DNA from: Octopus bimaculoides
Taxonomy: Eukaryota
Assembly: GCF_001194135.2 (NCBI RefSeq)
Contig: NC_068984.1
Span: forward strand, 67,537,634 to 67,585,878
Direction of reading: 5' to 3'
DNA: 48,245 nt
The notes under the pieces are model-generated. The model ran no database searches. It was given only the letters and a program-made list of their open reading frames with translations, and had not been told where the DNA came from. Position numbers and translations under genes: made by a program. Position 1 is the stretch's first letter. Every line of letters begins with the position of its first letter. Of the stretch, positions 1-13,135 are shown piece after piece.

Positions 1-93
1 CTCCCCCCTATCTATCTATTTACCTATATCACACACACACACGCATACCCACCCACACTTACACAGACACATACATATATATGTATATGACAT

Positions 94-563
94 GTGGATC
101 AGTCGTCCCACTGTGTAACACCTTGGGTAAGTGACTACTATTAGTCTCGGGTCGACTAAAGAACTGCGACTGGATTTGGTAAATAGCAACTGACGGAAGA
201 ACGTCGTGTGTGTGTGGGGGGGGGGTGCGTGTATATATGAGTGTGCGTGTGTGTGTGAGAGTATGGATGCGTGTGTGTCTTTGTGCATGTTTTTCCCCAC
301 CTTATAAAAGCGCAAGGTGAAGCATATTTTGGTATACACAATAACGTATTATGAATATATTCCGTTCATTTTATAACTCATGTAACATTCATTTCTACCT
401 TCATAACCGATCTTGGTGTGTTTATGTCCCATAAATTAGCTATTCGCTAAGGGTTACCGACAGAAGTATCAGATTCAACAAAATACTGGGATCATTGATT
501 CGTCAAACAATAGTTATGGCGGTGCCACAGCATGGCTGTAGTATATTAACCGAAAACAGTAAG
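94..563 (+). mobile_element. SINE family B (octopus tRNA-derived SINE with internal CA/TG microsatellite), degenerate, head eroded
   Basis: 5' part 'tcagtcgtcccactgtgtaacaccttgggtaagtgactactattagtctcgggtcgactaaag...ggatttggtaaatagcaactgacggaagaacgtcg', then an internal (TG)n-rich tract, then 3' part 'accgatcttggtgtgtttatgtccc...ggcggtgccacagcatggctgtag'. It is homologous to the minus-strand copy at 45047-45468 and matches my recollection of an abundant Octopus SINE. Confidence 0.75.
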
Positions 564-593
564 ATCATATATATATATATATATATATATATA

Positions 594-1591
594 NNNNNNN
601 NNNNNNNNNNNNNNNNNNNNNNNNNNNNNNNNNNNNNNNNNNNNNNNNNNNNNNNNNNNNNNNNNNNNNNNNNNNNNNNNNNNNNNNNNNNNNNNNNNNN
701 NNNNNNNNNNNNNNNNNNNNNNNNNNNNNNNNNNNNNNNNNNNNNNNNNNNNNNNNNNNNNNNNNNNNNNNNNNNNNNNNNNNNNNNNNNNNNNNNNNNN
801 NNNNNNNNNNNNNNNNNNNNNNNNNNNNNNNNNNNNNNNNNNNNNNNNNNNNNNNNNNNNNNNNNNNNNNNNNNNNNNNNNNNNNNNNNNNNNNNNNNNN
901 NNNNNNNNNNNNNNNNNNNNNNNNNNNNNNNNNNNNNNNNNNNNNNNNNNNNNNNNNNNNNNNNNNNNNNNNNNNNNNNNNNNNNNNNNNNNNNNNNNNN
1001 NNNNNNNNNNNNNNNNNNNNNNNNNNNNNNNNNNNNNNNNNNNNNNNNNNNNNNNNNNNNNNNNNNNNNNNNNNNNNNNNNNNNNNNNNNNNNNNNNNNN
1101 NNNNNNNNNNNNNNNNNNNNNNNNNNNNNNNNNNNNNNNNNNNNNNNNNNNNNNNNNNNNNNNNNNNNNNNNNNNNNNNNNNNNNNNNNNNNNNNNNNNN
1201 NNNNNNNNNNNNNNNNNNNNNNNNNNNNNNNNNNNNNNNNNNNNNNNNNNNNNNNNNNNNNNNNNNNNNNNNNNNNNNNNNNNNNNNNNNNNNNNNNNNN
1301 NNNNNNNNNNNNNNNNNNNNNNNNNNNNNNNNNNNNNNNNNNNNNNNNNNNNNNNNNNNNNNNNNNNNNNNNNNNNNNNNNNNNNNNNNNNNNNNNNNNN
1401 NNNNNNNNNNNNNNNNNNNNNNNNNNNNNNNNNNNNNNNNNNNNNNNNNNNNNNNNNNNNNNNNNNNNNNNNNNNNNNNNNNNNNNNNNNNNNNNNNNNN
1501 NNNNNNNNNNNNNNNNNNNNNNNNNNNNNNNNNNNNNNNNNNNNNNNNNNNNNNNNNNNNNNNNNNNNNNNNNNNNNNNNNNNNNNNNNNN
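594..1591. other. Assembly gap (N run). Other gaps: 14057-14329, 15166-16050, 18729-18859, 21542-21977, 22829-22957, 31902-32040, 44301-45033
   Basis: Runs of n. Most abut (TA)n microsatellites, typical of short-read scaffolds. Confidence 0.99.
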
Positions 1592-1797
1592 TGGTCAGAA
1601 CAGTACTGGAGGAGTATTTTTCGTCACGGACAAGAGAACTTTGGAAGAGGGGCCTTGCAATTGTACCAGACAGATGGAAGAGCATTGTAGAAAATGAAGG
1701 GAAGGAGAGTGCATTTTAAATTTAAAAAGAACTTTTTTATCTTAATTTTGAAAAATAAAAGAAGTATAAAAAGCATTACTTATGGAATGACCCAATA
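1592..1797 (+). mobile_element. mariner transposon 3' end (transposase C-terminus plus right TIR)
   Basis: 1594-1719 translates as VRTVLEEYFSSRTRELWKRGLAIVPDRWKSIVENEGKESAF*, matching the mariner C-terminal 'FF.S....F...GI..L..RW...V.N.G.Y' pattern. It is followed by TIR-like 'aaagcattacttatggaatgacccaa' plus TA. The 5' part is hidden in the gap. Confidence 0.85.
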
Positions 1798-3221
1798 ATT
1801 GTCCTACTATCTACAGCAATAGGTCAGTGATCGCAGTAATTTGTCTGACACATTAGCACGTAATTGGAAATGAAACCTGTCAGAATGAATACCACTGTGT
1901 TTTCTTTGACCCATCTCGACACTTTTGAAGTTTTACGACAGTATATATGTAATTGTATGTGCATTTATGTGCGTGCGTTCATGTGTGTATGTGTGCGTGC
2001 GCGTATATATATATGTATGTATGAGTGTGTGTATGTGGTTGCTATTTTAATATGCATAGAAATAAGAAACTACCTTCTTCGCTAATGTCATATTTATCGA
2101 TATCGACCAAGTGAAAAGTGGCTGATACCCAGAGAACAAAGACAAAATATTACTAGAGGACAAAGAACATAAAGGTAGAATATAATAAGCTGGAAATTTA
2201 TTATTCATGTCATAGGGTCAACATTGTGAGTGACCATTTCAAAAGTATCCTCTACTATATTATTCACATAAATGTAAATGACCTTTTTCTCCGTAACGAC
2301 TTGTTCCATTGGTATTCAATGACGGAGAGCTAAATAGACTCTCATTATACACTGTACTGTAACCTACACCAACAATCTTTCACAAATTTTAACCGGTATC
2401 TTTTCTATTTGCACAGGTAGTGTGCATTACGGTTAGAAGTGTTCAAGTTCAAAATTTGCTTTGTTCATAATATAAAATTGATAAATTAATTGAAGGTATT
2501 TTTCGGTTTGCAAAAAGAATATGTTTGTCCAGCTACATTAACTCACCTGTTTACACGCAAGGAGTTATTGTTCTCATTACTTTTCTTCTATCAATCATAT
2601 TCTGATATATTGTCACCGGATGTAACTTCAAATTGAAACTATATAGTAAGATCGAACTCGAATATATTTCACATGTGATTGATGTTTTATCAGCTAGTAT
2701 AATATGCAATATAATCGCTAGTTATTATAGAACTATTACAGCGTAAGTATGTCATTTTAGGTTAGGTGGTTAAATGACGCTACACGAACTTTATAATAAT
2801 CTCCTTATATTGATCCCTGTGTTGACACCGGTGAGATATGCCGATTTATCAGACTATTTGTAGATTTTCGTTATGGTAGTTTCATCAAACGCTTTACGAC
2901 TTTTGATGTCGATTAATTTGCTATGTTTTTCATTTTGATAGAAAGTAAACCGAAAATGGGAGAAAGAGCACTGATAGATTGAAGTATAAGGAAGGAAATC
3001 ATATTTATCAATTAACCGAGTATGTGAAAACGATTTACACGTTAGAATTTACGGTATTGAGGCAAATGTTCATAACACCGGTATATATGATTATTTCTTT
3101 TAACATAAGACGTTGATTAAATGGCTCCGTACTTACTGGACGGAAAGATTATAATTCGTGCTTTTGAAATAATTACTTTCATTATAATTAATTTCTTATT
3201 TTGTTACACATATGCAGACTA

Positions 3222-3238
3222 TACATATACATGTGTGT

Positions 3239-3284
<46 letters not shown>

Positions 3285-3620
3285 TGGTGTGTGTGCATGT
3301 ATATAAATATGTATATATATATATATTTATATATATGGGTACATTATATTTATGTATATATATGTATATATGTATATATATGTATATGCAATATATATGT
3401 GCGTATATATGTATATCTAATATATATGTATATATGTATATATATGTATGTATATATATATATATGTATAAATATGTATATATATATGTGTATATATAAG
3501 TATATATATGTATATATATGTATACATATATACGTATATATATATATGGGTATGTATGTATATATGCATATATATGTGTATAAATATATATATATACACA
3601 CACACGTACATATGTATGTG
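3222..3620. repeat. Compound (TG)n followed by degenerate (TA)n/(TATG)n microsatellite
   Basis: Directly visible; the source of the spurious CV/YI/HT ORFs. Confidence 0.97.
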
Positions 3621-5699
3621 TAGGCATTTATATAGATGTGTTATATGCGTATAGGTGTATGTACATGTATCTGGTACGATGTAAGTCTGATTATGTGTAT
3701 ATCGCCAACATATACACATAACGTATGACTTAAGACACTTCTAGTGATTCGTGAATATACTTAGTACGAGTATAAAGTGGCGTGTATGTATGTATAACCA
3801 CATATGTAGTTTTAATATAATGAGTGTGCAGGTATATTTAGAAAACCAAAATGGGAAATTTGTTTCGATTAGTTTTTATGAATGTGTTTAAACATGTTTT
3901 GTTCGTGATTCATGCTCTTAAGAATATCACGATATAAGAATGTACCTGATTGTCGTTACTATTAGTTACAATACTTTTCTAATTACCCATTGCGTAAGGT
4001 CGAACTATATATCTCTTTTCAACGAACGTGGTTATTTAGCACTTAAATGTACATAGGTTATTTCACATACTGATACCCTCTTTCGTATTCATATATCTGC
4101 CAAAATGATTTTCGAAGTTTATTTGGAGAATTGGTAAAGTTTTGATTCATTTAATAATTCTACCTGGCGGTTCTCTTAATATTTCTGTGATCAGCGAAAA
4201 CTAATTCCAACTTCCTGTTGTGCCATGGTTTATATAGTAACAATAAAGCACTGTTGTTTACGATTTTAACTGTGCTCTTCTAAACACTTACTGCTTTACA
4301 TTTATCTAAAACATTTAGCAAATTTTAGTAGTCCTGATAAGCAATCTTACTCTTAAAACATTAACACAGTTTGCAAAATAGTGTATTGGCATTAATAAAA
4401 AAAATTACCGCCTTCCTTCCTTATGTACTTGTGGCAAAACAATCGTATAGTTAACATGTGATCATGCGAATTCAATGCAATGACGAAAATGGCTTCTATT
4501 ATACTTACTCTCTTCATAAGAAATTCGTATAAAATGATGTAGATTTCATTTACAATCGATTATTGATTTCAAATGTTATTTAGTTTAAATGTCATATCGT
4601 CGGTGTCCACTTTCGGTTTTTCTATAAAAATTGTTCCATTCCTGTATCTAGCTCAATTCAATCGATACCAACTTTAATATTATAGAAGCCACCTTTAATG
4701 TTGTATTTTGTTAGCCAAGTTTAATGTCATTTTCATTATCAAATTGTCATTTAACATAGTTTGTTACATTAATCATCTGCATAATACTTTAGTTGCTGTT
4801 GTTTATTCCGAGGTCAGTTTCGATGGAGCCGATTTATGATAAAAGTCGTTGCTTCTCAGCTGTGACCAGCCAGCCTGTCTTTATTTAAAATTTGTGTTTT
4901 TAGATTGACTTGAAGCATCTTTGAGTTTTTTAAGATGGTAAATGAGATTAGGGAGATTGTTATTTCCAGCATATCAGGAAACTTTATATCAGGAGATTCT
5001 TCACTGGGTTCATTATTTCTTTAGAAATAAAAGGAACAAGTCTGCTATGGATGTGTTAACTTTAGTAACAAGTCTCAAGAAATTGTACGAATTTATATTG
5101 ATATATTGCCGGATAAATATAAAACATTAAAAAGAATAAATTTTAAATAAACAATACTGAATAAATTTGAACGTCAAAACAGTTGAAACTTTGCCGTCAT
5201 GATTTAACAAGCATTTTACATATTCGCACTTAAAAAACATAAATAATTGACGCTGGATAATTTCAGTGCGAAAAAAACTAAACTATCTAAATAATAAACA
5301 ATCCTAGCCGACTAAAAATACTTAGGTACGTTTTGAGTTACATGAAAGTGCATTAAACATGAAACGATGAAAGAATTCGAACTCCACTGCATGTGTGTTA
5401 AGCAAATAACTCTTTAATGAATTATCCTGGTAATTCTTTTACGTTCAGATGAAAATACTAGTTAGAACTTATCAATATGCAAAGGCAACTATCTTTTTTT
5501 TTTCAGTCAGACTGAGAATATTATCATTTCGTTTGAAGGGTTGCATCTAATTATGGCTAGTTAAATTGACATTAAATGGCAATTTTGTAGTAGACGTGTT
5601 GTAGTCAATGGAATTAGCAAAGTACAAAATGGTTATTATTTACCAAATCCAGACTTGTGAAATGTAAAAGCAATGCTAGTGAAATATAAATTCAGAATA

Positions 5700-6500
5700 C
5701 ACAGTGACGTAAACAAATGTGGCGAAGTATACTACTCGTTCAACCATTCTCTTCTTTGATCTGTTTCTTCAACCAAGGCCACATATTTATTAAATTTATT
5801 CCAGTGTTGTGGTGGACTCGAGGTTGATACGTCTTCAATTTTCCTCGCATTATGATCAAAACTAGAATAACTATGTGGTGAAGCATTCTACTTATAAAAC
5901 TTCATAGTGACGTAAGAGATTTATAAGAAAATAGAAAATCTGATTACAATTTTGTGTGCATAACTTTCACAAAAAGATTACTGACAGGATTGAGAAAGGT
6001 AACGTTCAGCTTGATACTGTAACTGTATTACGATCTCAGTTTGTTGACATATTACACGATTAAAATATTATACACGTGATGTCAAAGCATGCAGCGGAGT
6101 AGTGTTTACAAGTGTTTTCAATGCAGTGACAGATTCCAAATTGAAAACTAATTTTTCCGCCAAAGTAGTCCCAGACATAATCCGGATGGTGAAGTAATTC
6201 CCAACAGTTTCAAATACAATTCGAGTTGAAGCCATTCAGCCACTTCATCTGCAGGCGACATCATTAAGATGTCAATGCCACTAGATTTCGATTTCACGTT
6301 GATATTTTATATCTTACACCAGCGAAATTGTCTGAAAAGGCACAAATTATCTCCCTATAAATACAATAGCAACACAAATATATTATTAGTATAACCAGAA
6401 GGATTGCCGATGTTGAAGTAATATTGAAGTAATTTACATGACGATTCAACTAAGAAACCTCTTCTTATTCGTTCAGCCAGCAAGAAATAACAAACAAATC
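5700..6500 (+). mobile_element. Highly decayed hAT (Charlie/Buster; ZBED8/FAM200-like) transposase remnant
   Basis: Fragments across frames resemble this family in the correct order: STKATYLLNLFQ...DTSSIFLAL*SKLE (cf. 'KLAYLADIF...QG.DT.IF..DKI'), FHKKITDRIEKGNV (cf. 'AF.KKL.LW...I..GN'), KLIFPPK*SQT*SGW*SN (cf. 'YFP.....DWV.NPF'), KLSEKAQIISL (cf. 'P.LSEKAL.ILLPF'). Many stops and frameshifts; judged by eye. Confidence 0.5.
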
Positions 6501-7622
6501 TTGAAGTACATAAAACGTACTGATACGGAAAAAAGACGCGAATGATATAGTATGACAAGATATGCAATGCCCTAAAGAATATCGGACTAGATGTGACTGG
6601 GACAGATTTGATCATAGAGGTGCTCATGCAAGATTGCCTGGGAATTAGGTAATATGTATATGTAAGATAGAGATCACATGATTCTCTTTAGATTTACGGC
6701 GTCGCATTACATATGAACATTCTTTTAATAATTTGACCACTAATTTACCTACTATAACTTATATTTTGAATGGATTGTTAACAAAATATAATATAATTTA
6801 CATCAGCTCTCACACTATCAGACACGATCAAATATTTATCTCATCATAGTTTAAAAGAACTAATAAATCTACTTCGATGGTCTGATTACTTAAGCATTTG
6901 TAAAACTAAATATTTTTATTATTTATGAAAATACAACTCTGTTTATAGTAGTTAAATCTGTTTTATTATTTTTTATTAATAAAGCTAAATTTTGATCCAA
7001 AGTAGACTATCAATATTATTGATGTACGGTAATCAATAATTATTGAGTTGCACACAAATACGTAATTGTAAAAATAATATTTTCCTAAATAAAAATGCTG
7101 TTGTTGAATCAGCATATGTGTGGTTTTGTTTTCAACGTAATCCTTTCTGAATTCAGGGACCTTATAAATATAAGGAGCCTAGGGATTATGGATATGATTC
7201 TACGCGTCATTGTAAATAACCTAGCTGTTGAAGGAAATATTTCTTGGCACATCGCAAACGTTATTATATTTGCGACTATTTATTTGCCAATAAAAGTAAG
7301 TGAATATCACGCCAAGTTGGCAGGCGTCTTATTTCTACTTGACTCCGTTTATCAACTTGGTAAAGCTGAAAGAAACTAAATATATAGCGAAAGATATAAC
7401 CTTCACACTATGATCAAATCGGATTGTTCGATCAATGGCAAATGCATTACAGACGAAATAAGCACATCTTGCAGTATGAAGTCCTCATGTAACATTAACA
7501 TAAATCTTTAACAATATAATATAAAACTACTACAAATTAAGTATTTGAGAGATTTATCACTTGAAAATCATAATTTTACTTTAAATAAAATATAACTGGT
7601 GTAGTTTTTATTGAAATTCGCA

Positions 7623-7624
<2 letters not shown>

Positions 7625-7681
<57 letters not shown>

Positions 7682-7704
7682 GTATATATATATATATATA
7701 CACA
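7625..7704. repeat. (TA)n microsatellite
   Basis: Directly visible; abuts a mariner TIR. Confidence 0.97.
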
Positions 7705-7706
7705 TA

Positions 7707-7895
7707 CGAGGAGGAGTTAAAAGTTTCTGGCTGTCGGTAAATGAAAATAGAAGAGGATCAGTTCATTATTATTTTATTCAGCATATTCCTCTCTCAGATT
7801 CACACACTTGTTGCAGCTGCCCTTCTGTTTACCTAATCCCTGTCAAAGAACTTGGAATGTTGGGACTCCAGCCAGGCTTTTTGCGATATCCTTGA
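7707..7895 (-). mobile_element. mariner transposon 3' end (right TIR plus transposase C-terminus)
   Basis: TA followed by TIR-like 'cgaggaggagttaaaagtttctggct'. The minus strand reads ISQKAWLESQHSKFF/(frameshift)QGLGKQKGSCNKCVNLREEYAE*, which fits the mariner C-terminal 'GLEKL..RCNKCV.L.GEYVE*'. Confidence 0.8.
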
Positions 7896-7934
7896 AACAA
7901 GAAACTTTTCAGTATTCCTAGTATATATATCGAC

Positions 7935-7981
<47 letters not shown>

Positions 7982-7997
7982 GAGAGAGAGAGAGAGA
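7935..7997. repeat. (AG)n microsatellite
   Basis: Directly visible. Confidence 0.97.
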
Positions 7998-9846
7998 AGG
8001 GGGAGGCATATATAGTGAGTTAGAGGGAGGGCGATGAAGGAATAGAAGTAAAAATAACAAAATTTCCGTCTTTCTACAGTGAATAATAAGAGTTGATAGT
8101 TTTATGTTGCCAAATTTTATTGGAACTACTTGTTGAAACTGAAAGTAATTATTTTTACTAATGTGATCATTGTAAGAAATAGAAATTTCCTGTTACTTAA
8201 TCATTATTTCTTATTTTAGTTTATTTAGAAATGTTTTTGCAAATATATAATTTTCCGATGAGTAAAAGTACTTCCATCTTATAATGTTGGGTTCAACAAA
8301 CGAAGGACTTGATATTTGCGATTTTTGCTTTTAACTAAAACATTTCTGGTAAAGTTATTAGAGAACTTATTAGAAACAATAAAACAAAAACATTAAACTC
8401 TCACTATACTTCCATAGTTATACACTTCTACACATGGACATGTAAAACACATCTCTTATGCCCTTTGTAGATACAAATATACACCATTTCTCGGCCTTTC
8501 TCCTGTTCTTAATTCTCCTTCATATAACATTCTCAGCTGTTTTTTTATTATTTATCCCTGACTATTTCTCTTTCTCACACTTATGTTTCTCTTTTTCTTC
8601 TGATAAAAGGATAATGTCAGAAAAGTTAAGACACTTTTTCTTCCCATTAAAGCCTTAAGCTAAAACCCTATTTGTAAAAGTTTCTCCATGCTGCGCTGTC
8701 ACTTTTTCGTTTTCTTTGTATTTATACCTCACACACGCGCGCACACACACACATGCGTACATACGTGCATAATTCAGCTATATTTATCACGTTCTTTTCC
8801 TGTTACTATCATTTTATATTTCGTAGACATATGAGTTAAAAACTGATTGTACAAGCAACATATATACATTCTCAAAACAGTGTAGACTTCTAAATAAACT
8901 CTTTAAAATATCGAGATTCCAGGCTGCAGGCGCAAAGTTATATTTTCGAACACCAAGGAATTAACAATGAAGAATTTTGAGACAAGAAACATAATTACAA
9001 TTCCTGTTTGGAAGAAAGAGGAAATTAAAAGTATGAGAGAAAAAGTAGTGAAGATAAACAATTGTTTATATATTTGAGTGAAGGCATATGGTTTAGAGAT
9101 TGAGATTGAATAATTGTTGAGTCAATAACAGTTTAGAAATAACTGCACTTACGAAATAGTTGAAACTGTTTAGTACACATGAATAATTCTAAATACAATA
9201 CATGTAAAGTAACTGTTCTGTTTTTTTACATTAGTTGGAATCACAATCTAAATGTTGATAAATTTTCATTACTATTTACTATTGCCAATTTTAACTTTTG
9301 TTTTCTTTCTGTTAACACTGATATTGAACTATATGTGATTATGAGTTAGATACTAGATTTATTGGAATCATTCCTACGAGCAGGAAACCCGACAAACAGC
9401 TTGCAGCTAACTGTTGTAAGCTGATAGACTCAGGAAAAGTGATCTAAAAACGTATGTGAATAGAGTAAAGCTAAGAAAGAAACAACAAGAAGACTGAGAC
9501 AGCGAGAGGTGGGGTGAACAATACGGAGCGGCAGCAATTAGAATGTAGCATACAAACTGAGAGAAGCACAGTGGTGAGGAGATAATATACGTATAGAAGA
9601 AAAAAGAAGCAAAGCAACAAAAGAGAAAATATTTCGGTGATTCAGTGGAGCATTGTATTTTGTGCAAAGAAAATTATATTCAAGTAATATTTTCTAAAGC
9701 AATTATTAAATAGATCCAGACGATTCGAGTCACCATATTAATTTCGATGTTTGGATATTTAATTTTACTTGGAGTTATTGATGATTTTAAAACGAATCTT
9801 GCACTAATGCACATCCACCCACACGCGTGCGTAAACACAAATACTA

Positions 9847-9892
<46 letters not shown>

Positions 9893-10200
9893 TGCACATA
9901 TACGCGCACACATATACATGTACATATATATGCATTTATTATGTTATTTTACGCATAAAAACGTTTTATTATACATATTCTCTGTAAAATATATTATAAT
10001 ATAAAATTTGACTAATATGTACAAATTTCTAGTTTGAGCGGAATAAGTATACAGCAAAGGAATTAAACGTATATAACGAACCTTTGTAAATGGTGAATTT
10101 AAACGAGGGTGATAGCATTTCCAAAGAAAATCGGTGTAAAGCAATTCATTGTAATATGTATTAATGTTGCTTCCAGGGAACTCATTAATTCGAGTCATTG

Positions 10201-10412
10201 GTTTCAAATTTTGCCACAAGGCCAGTAATTTCGGGATATGGGCAAGTCGATTGCATTGACCCCAGTGCTTGACTGATACTTATTTTGCTGACTACGAAAG
10301 GACGAAAGGCAAAGTAGACTTCAGCGAAATTTGAACTCCGAATGTAAAGACGGACGACATTCTTCTAAGCATTTTACTCAGCATGTTAACGATTTTGCCA
10401 GCTCGCTACCTT
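10201..10412 (-). mobile_element. SINE family A, full-length degenerate copy
   Basis: Reverse complement carries a tRNA-like head (ggtagcgagctggcaaaatcgttaac), a B-box (gagttcaaattt), a central 'ctttgcctttcgtcctttcg' domain and a 3' 'ggccttgtggcaaaatttgaaac'. Confidence 0.9.
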
Positions 10413-11619
10413 ATTAACTATAATCATTAACATCCCGTTGGCCTAGCTTAAGTTAAGTAACTCCGTTTGTCATTTGACATATGTTTTGCATATTATGCTA
10501 GGAGTACTACTGTGTTAATTTACGTCACAAAGTTTTAAATTTCGATATTACTATATTATATTTATTTGCGTAGGTGAAATTGTTTCTTGCTTCGTCATCA
10601 GCCTAAAGGTCAACCGCGTTTCGAATTTTAGTTCTCTTTAGATTATTATCATGTACTTGTATGTGACTTACATTAAATCTGAATCAATATTTAGCTGATA
10701 GTGTTCTTGAAACGCAGTGGAAAACTATATTTTCCAACTGAAATTGAATGCATTTTGTCAGGGAATTCTTTATAATTAGAATTTAGAATGAATTATGATA
10801 TCAAAAATATATTATCTGAATTGCATTTAGGGTATTATAAATAAATTATATCTCATCGTTAGGGACGATGATTAGTTTAGTACAGTGGATGATTAAACCT
10901 TTCATCGAAACACGTGATACCAATTCAATGAACTTTCGGATAGTTAACATCTACTCCATATTTTTCACACATTTGTGTACGCGCTGAGGCGACGGTAGAA
11001 TAAAAGTGCTCGAAGTGCTGCTAGGGAAATCAAATGAACTTTATAGCACTGCACACTTCCAAGCATTACGACTATGTGCATGTCCATTTATTCAGAAAGG
11101 AGGATATTTCTCATTGAATATTACTGCTACTAGTTTTATTGATTTCTGAATGATCAAAGATAACGAAAGATAATTTACTGTATTGACACAAGCAACACAT
11201 TTTAGTTTTGGCGGAGGTTTATAGTTGGGAAAATTGTGTCTGTTACAAGCTTTCTGCTTACTTTATTATTTCCGGGAAAATGAAAGACAACGCTGATCCC
11301 TGCAGGACTGCAACTAAGTTCGTATACAATAAACTCAATGGCTGTTCTAAGGTTTCTCTCATAAAAGTATGTTGCAAAATTTGAATATCAATAGCAGAAA
11401 ACCCTCACAGAATATTTGGAATAATGTAATGAAACACATGTAAAACAGACGTCCATCCCACGCAAGTGCGTGTGCATTACTGTTTCAGTGTGTTTATGTG
11501 TGTGTGTAATACACTTTGTTACACACATGAATAAGTATATACACAGTCTACAAACTGTTAATGCATCAGTGATATGAAACTGTAACGTATCACAACATAA
11601 AATTTCTCTGTATGCACAT

Positions 11620-11764
11620 AAACATACGTACGCACGTAAGTACATACGTATGTACGCACGTAAGTACATACGTACGTACGCACGCACATACATACATACA
11701 TACATACATACATACATACATACATGTATACATACATACATACATACATACATACATACATACA
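11620..11764. repeat. (CATA)n microsatellite with an upstream 24-bp higher-order duplication
   Basis: (CATA)n at about 11687-11764. 'gtacgcacgtaagtacatacgta(t/c)' occurs twice, at 11628-11651 and 11652-11675. Confidence 0.95.
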
Positions 11765-12602
11765 AAGATGTCATCAAGTACTACATCCCTATGAGACACG
11801 AGGTTGTCGCAAAACAATATACAACCCCATCTGGAAAAAGACTGTCCTGGACCAAATATAGAGAATTTGCCTGTTATTCATTTCGTACACAAACATCAAC
11901 ATAAGGAATACTGATCGAACATTCCCATCTTTCAGATGTAAGCATAACTCGACGGATATTTTTGTACACATACAGATATAAGTAAATGCTACCCAATAGA
12001 AGCTCAGTTTCTGTTGATCTCCCATATGAACCCAAATATAGGACGAGCACATCTCCAAAACGATCTCGAACAAAATATTCTGCATGCCAATGCCACAAAT
12101 AGGTTATTCATGAGTCCAATTCTCCTGGACTTGAAGAGGATGACAAAACAAAATGAAATGCAACCTCACTTGCACTCATAAATTTTACGTCACGTCAAAT
12201 CTCGAAGGCAGCAATTTTTGCAATAAAAAAAAAACAGGTAATAGCTACGAAATATCTAATGTACAATCGTGAACAGTAGAACCCTTAAATTTCGAAGATG
12301 CAACCGCAAATGTCGCCCATATTCCTCATCGGTAGAGGTCATAGTACACGTAATCAGTAACTACCAAGAAATGTCATCGCGACTTTGTTCGAAAAATAAA
12401 ATTGATATGGGATAAGTATAAATATCAACCCCTCAACTATGATGCTGAATACCTCTAGAAAGGACCACAGGTCCTTCTTAAACCAAAGGATCATAATGCC
12501 AGTTTCTCAGCTCCTGTGGCACATAAAGATTTTATTTTTGGCCGTAACTTATATATTTTCTATTCGATTTTAATGAAATTTGAGATTTAGGTACATTTTG
12601 TG

Positions 12603-12905
12603 GAAGGGGAGACGGTAAACGTTTCAGTTTAATTCCAGAATGTTTTGAACGACATCCTCCTGGAGCTGCTTCCAGGACAGCGGTGCACCTACACATCGAC
12701 TGACACTTATCAACACTGCCTGATGCTAATGGAATATGCTGTTGAAGTATTGAACACTCTAGCACCCTAAAGATAAGCGCTCCATTTATGCTGTTGAAGA
12801 ACTTGAATCCACCCCCCCCCCTTTGCAATGGCACGCGACTAATCATCAAATAATTGATGCCGAAAGTCGTTGAGGCAACAATTCTAACAGGAAAAACCAG
12901 TAAAT
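12603..12905 (+). mobile_element. Helitron RepHel helicase (PIF1-like) fragment, pseudogenised
   Basis: Reads VLNDILLELLPGQRCTYTSTD...EYAVEVLNTLAP, then (frameshift) LKISAPFMLLKNLNPPPPLCNGTRLIIK*LMPKVVEATILTGK. This matches the Helitron helicase motif 'LKVGAPIMLLRNLNPP.LCNGTRL.V..L...VIEATILTG'. Confidence 0.85.
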
Positions 12906-12960
12906 TCAGTTCGGAAGACTATTCAATAGAACGGGCAAACCAACTTTTTAGTTTCAAAAT

Positions 12961-13135
12961 TTGTTGCTTGTTGCTTGCACTCCGTCGCTTACGACGCCGA
13001 GGGTTACAGTTGATCCGATCAACGGAACAGCCTACTCGTGTAATTAACGTGCAAGCAGCTGAGCACTCCACAGATACATATACCCTTAACGTAGTTCTCG
13101 AGGATATTCAGTGTGACATAGTGTGACAAGGCTTT
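12961..13135 (-). mobile_element. 3' half of a third octopus SINE family (family C) with a terminal stem-loop
   Basis: 'gcactccgtcgcttacgacgccgagggttacagttgatccgatcaacggaacagcc...gagcactccacagatac...cccttaacgtagttctcgaggatattcagtgtgac' matches my recollection of a common Octopus SINE 3' region. The CGTCG-ctta-CGACG stem-loop lies near its 3' end. Confidence 0.7.

Noticed and set aside
2761-2850. Possible first coding exon MTLHELYNNLLILIPVLTP|gtgaga (signal-peptide-like)
   Set aside because: Only 19 codons with no supported downstream exon or promoter evidence; not distinguishable from chance.
6270-6360. 'LDFDFTLIFYILHQRNC' resembling a DZIP3-like HEPN motif
   Set aside because: The flanking fragments fit a decayed hAT transposase better, and the downstream HEPN R-x4-6-H motif is absent.
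12983-12996. CGTCG-ctta-CGACG hairpin as a Helitron 3' terminator
   Set aside because: No CTRR end follows; the hairpin belongs to the 3' end of the adjacent minus-strand SINE family C copy.
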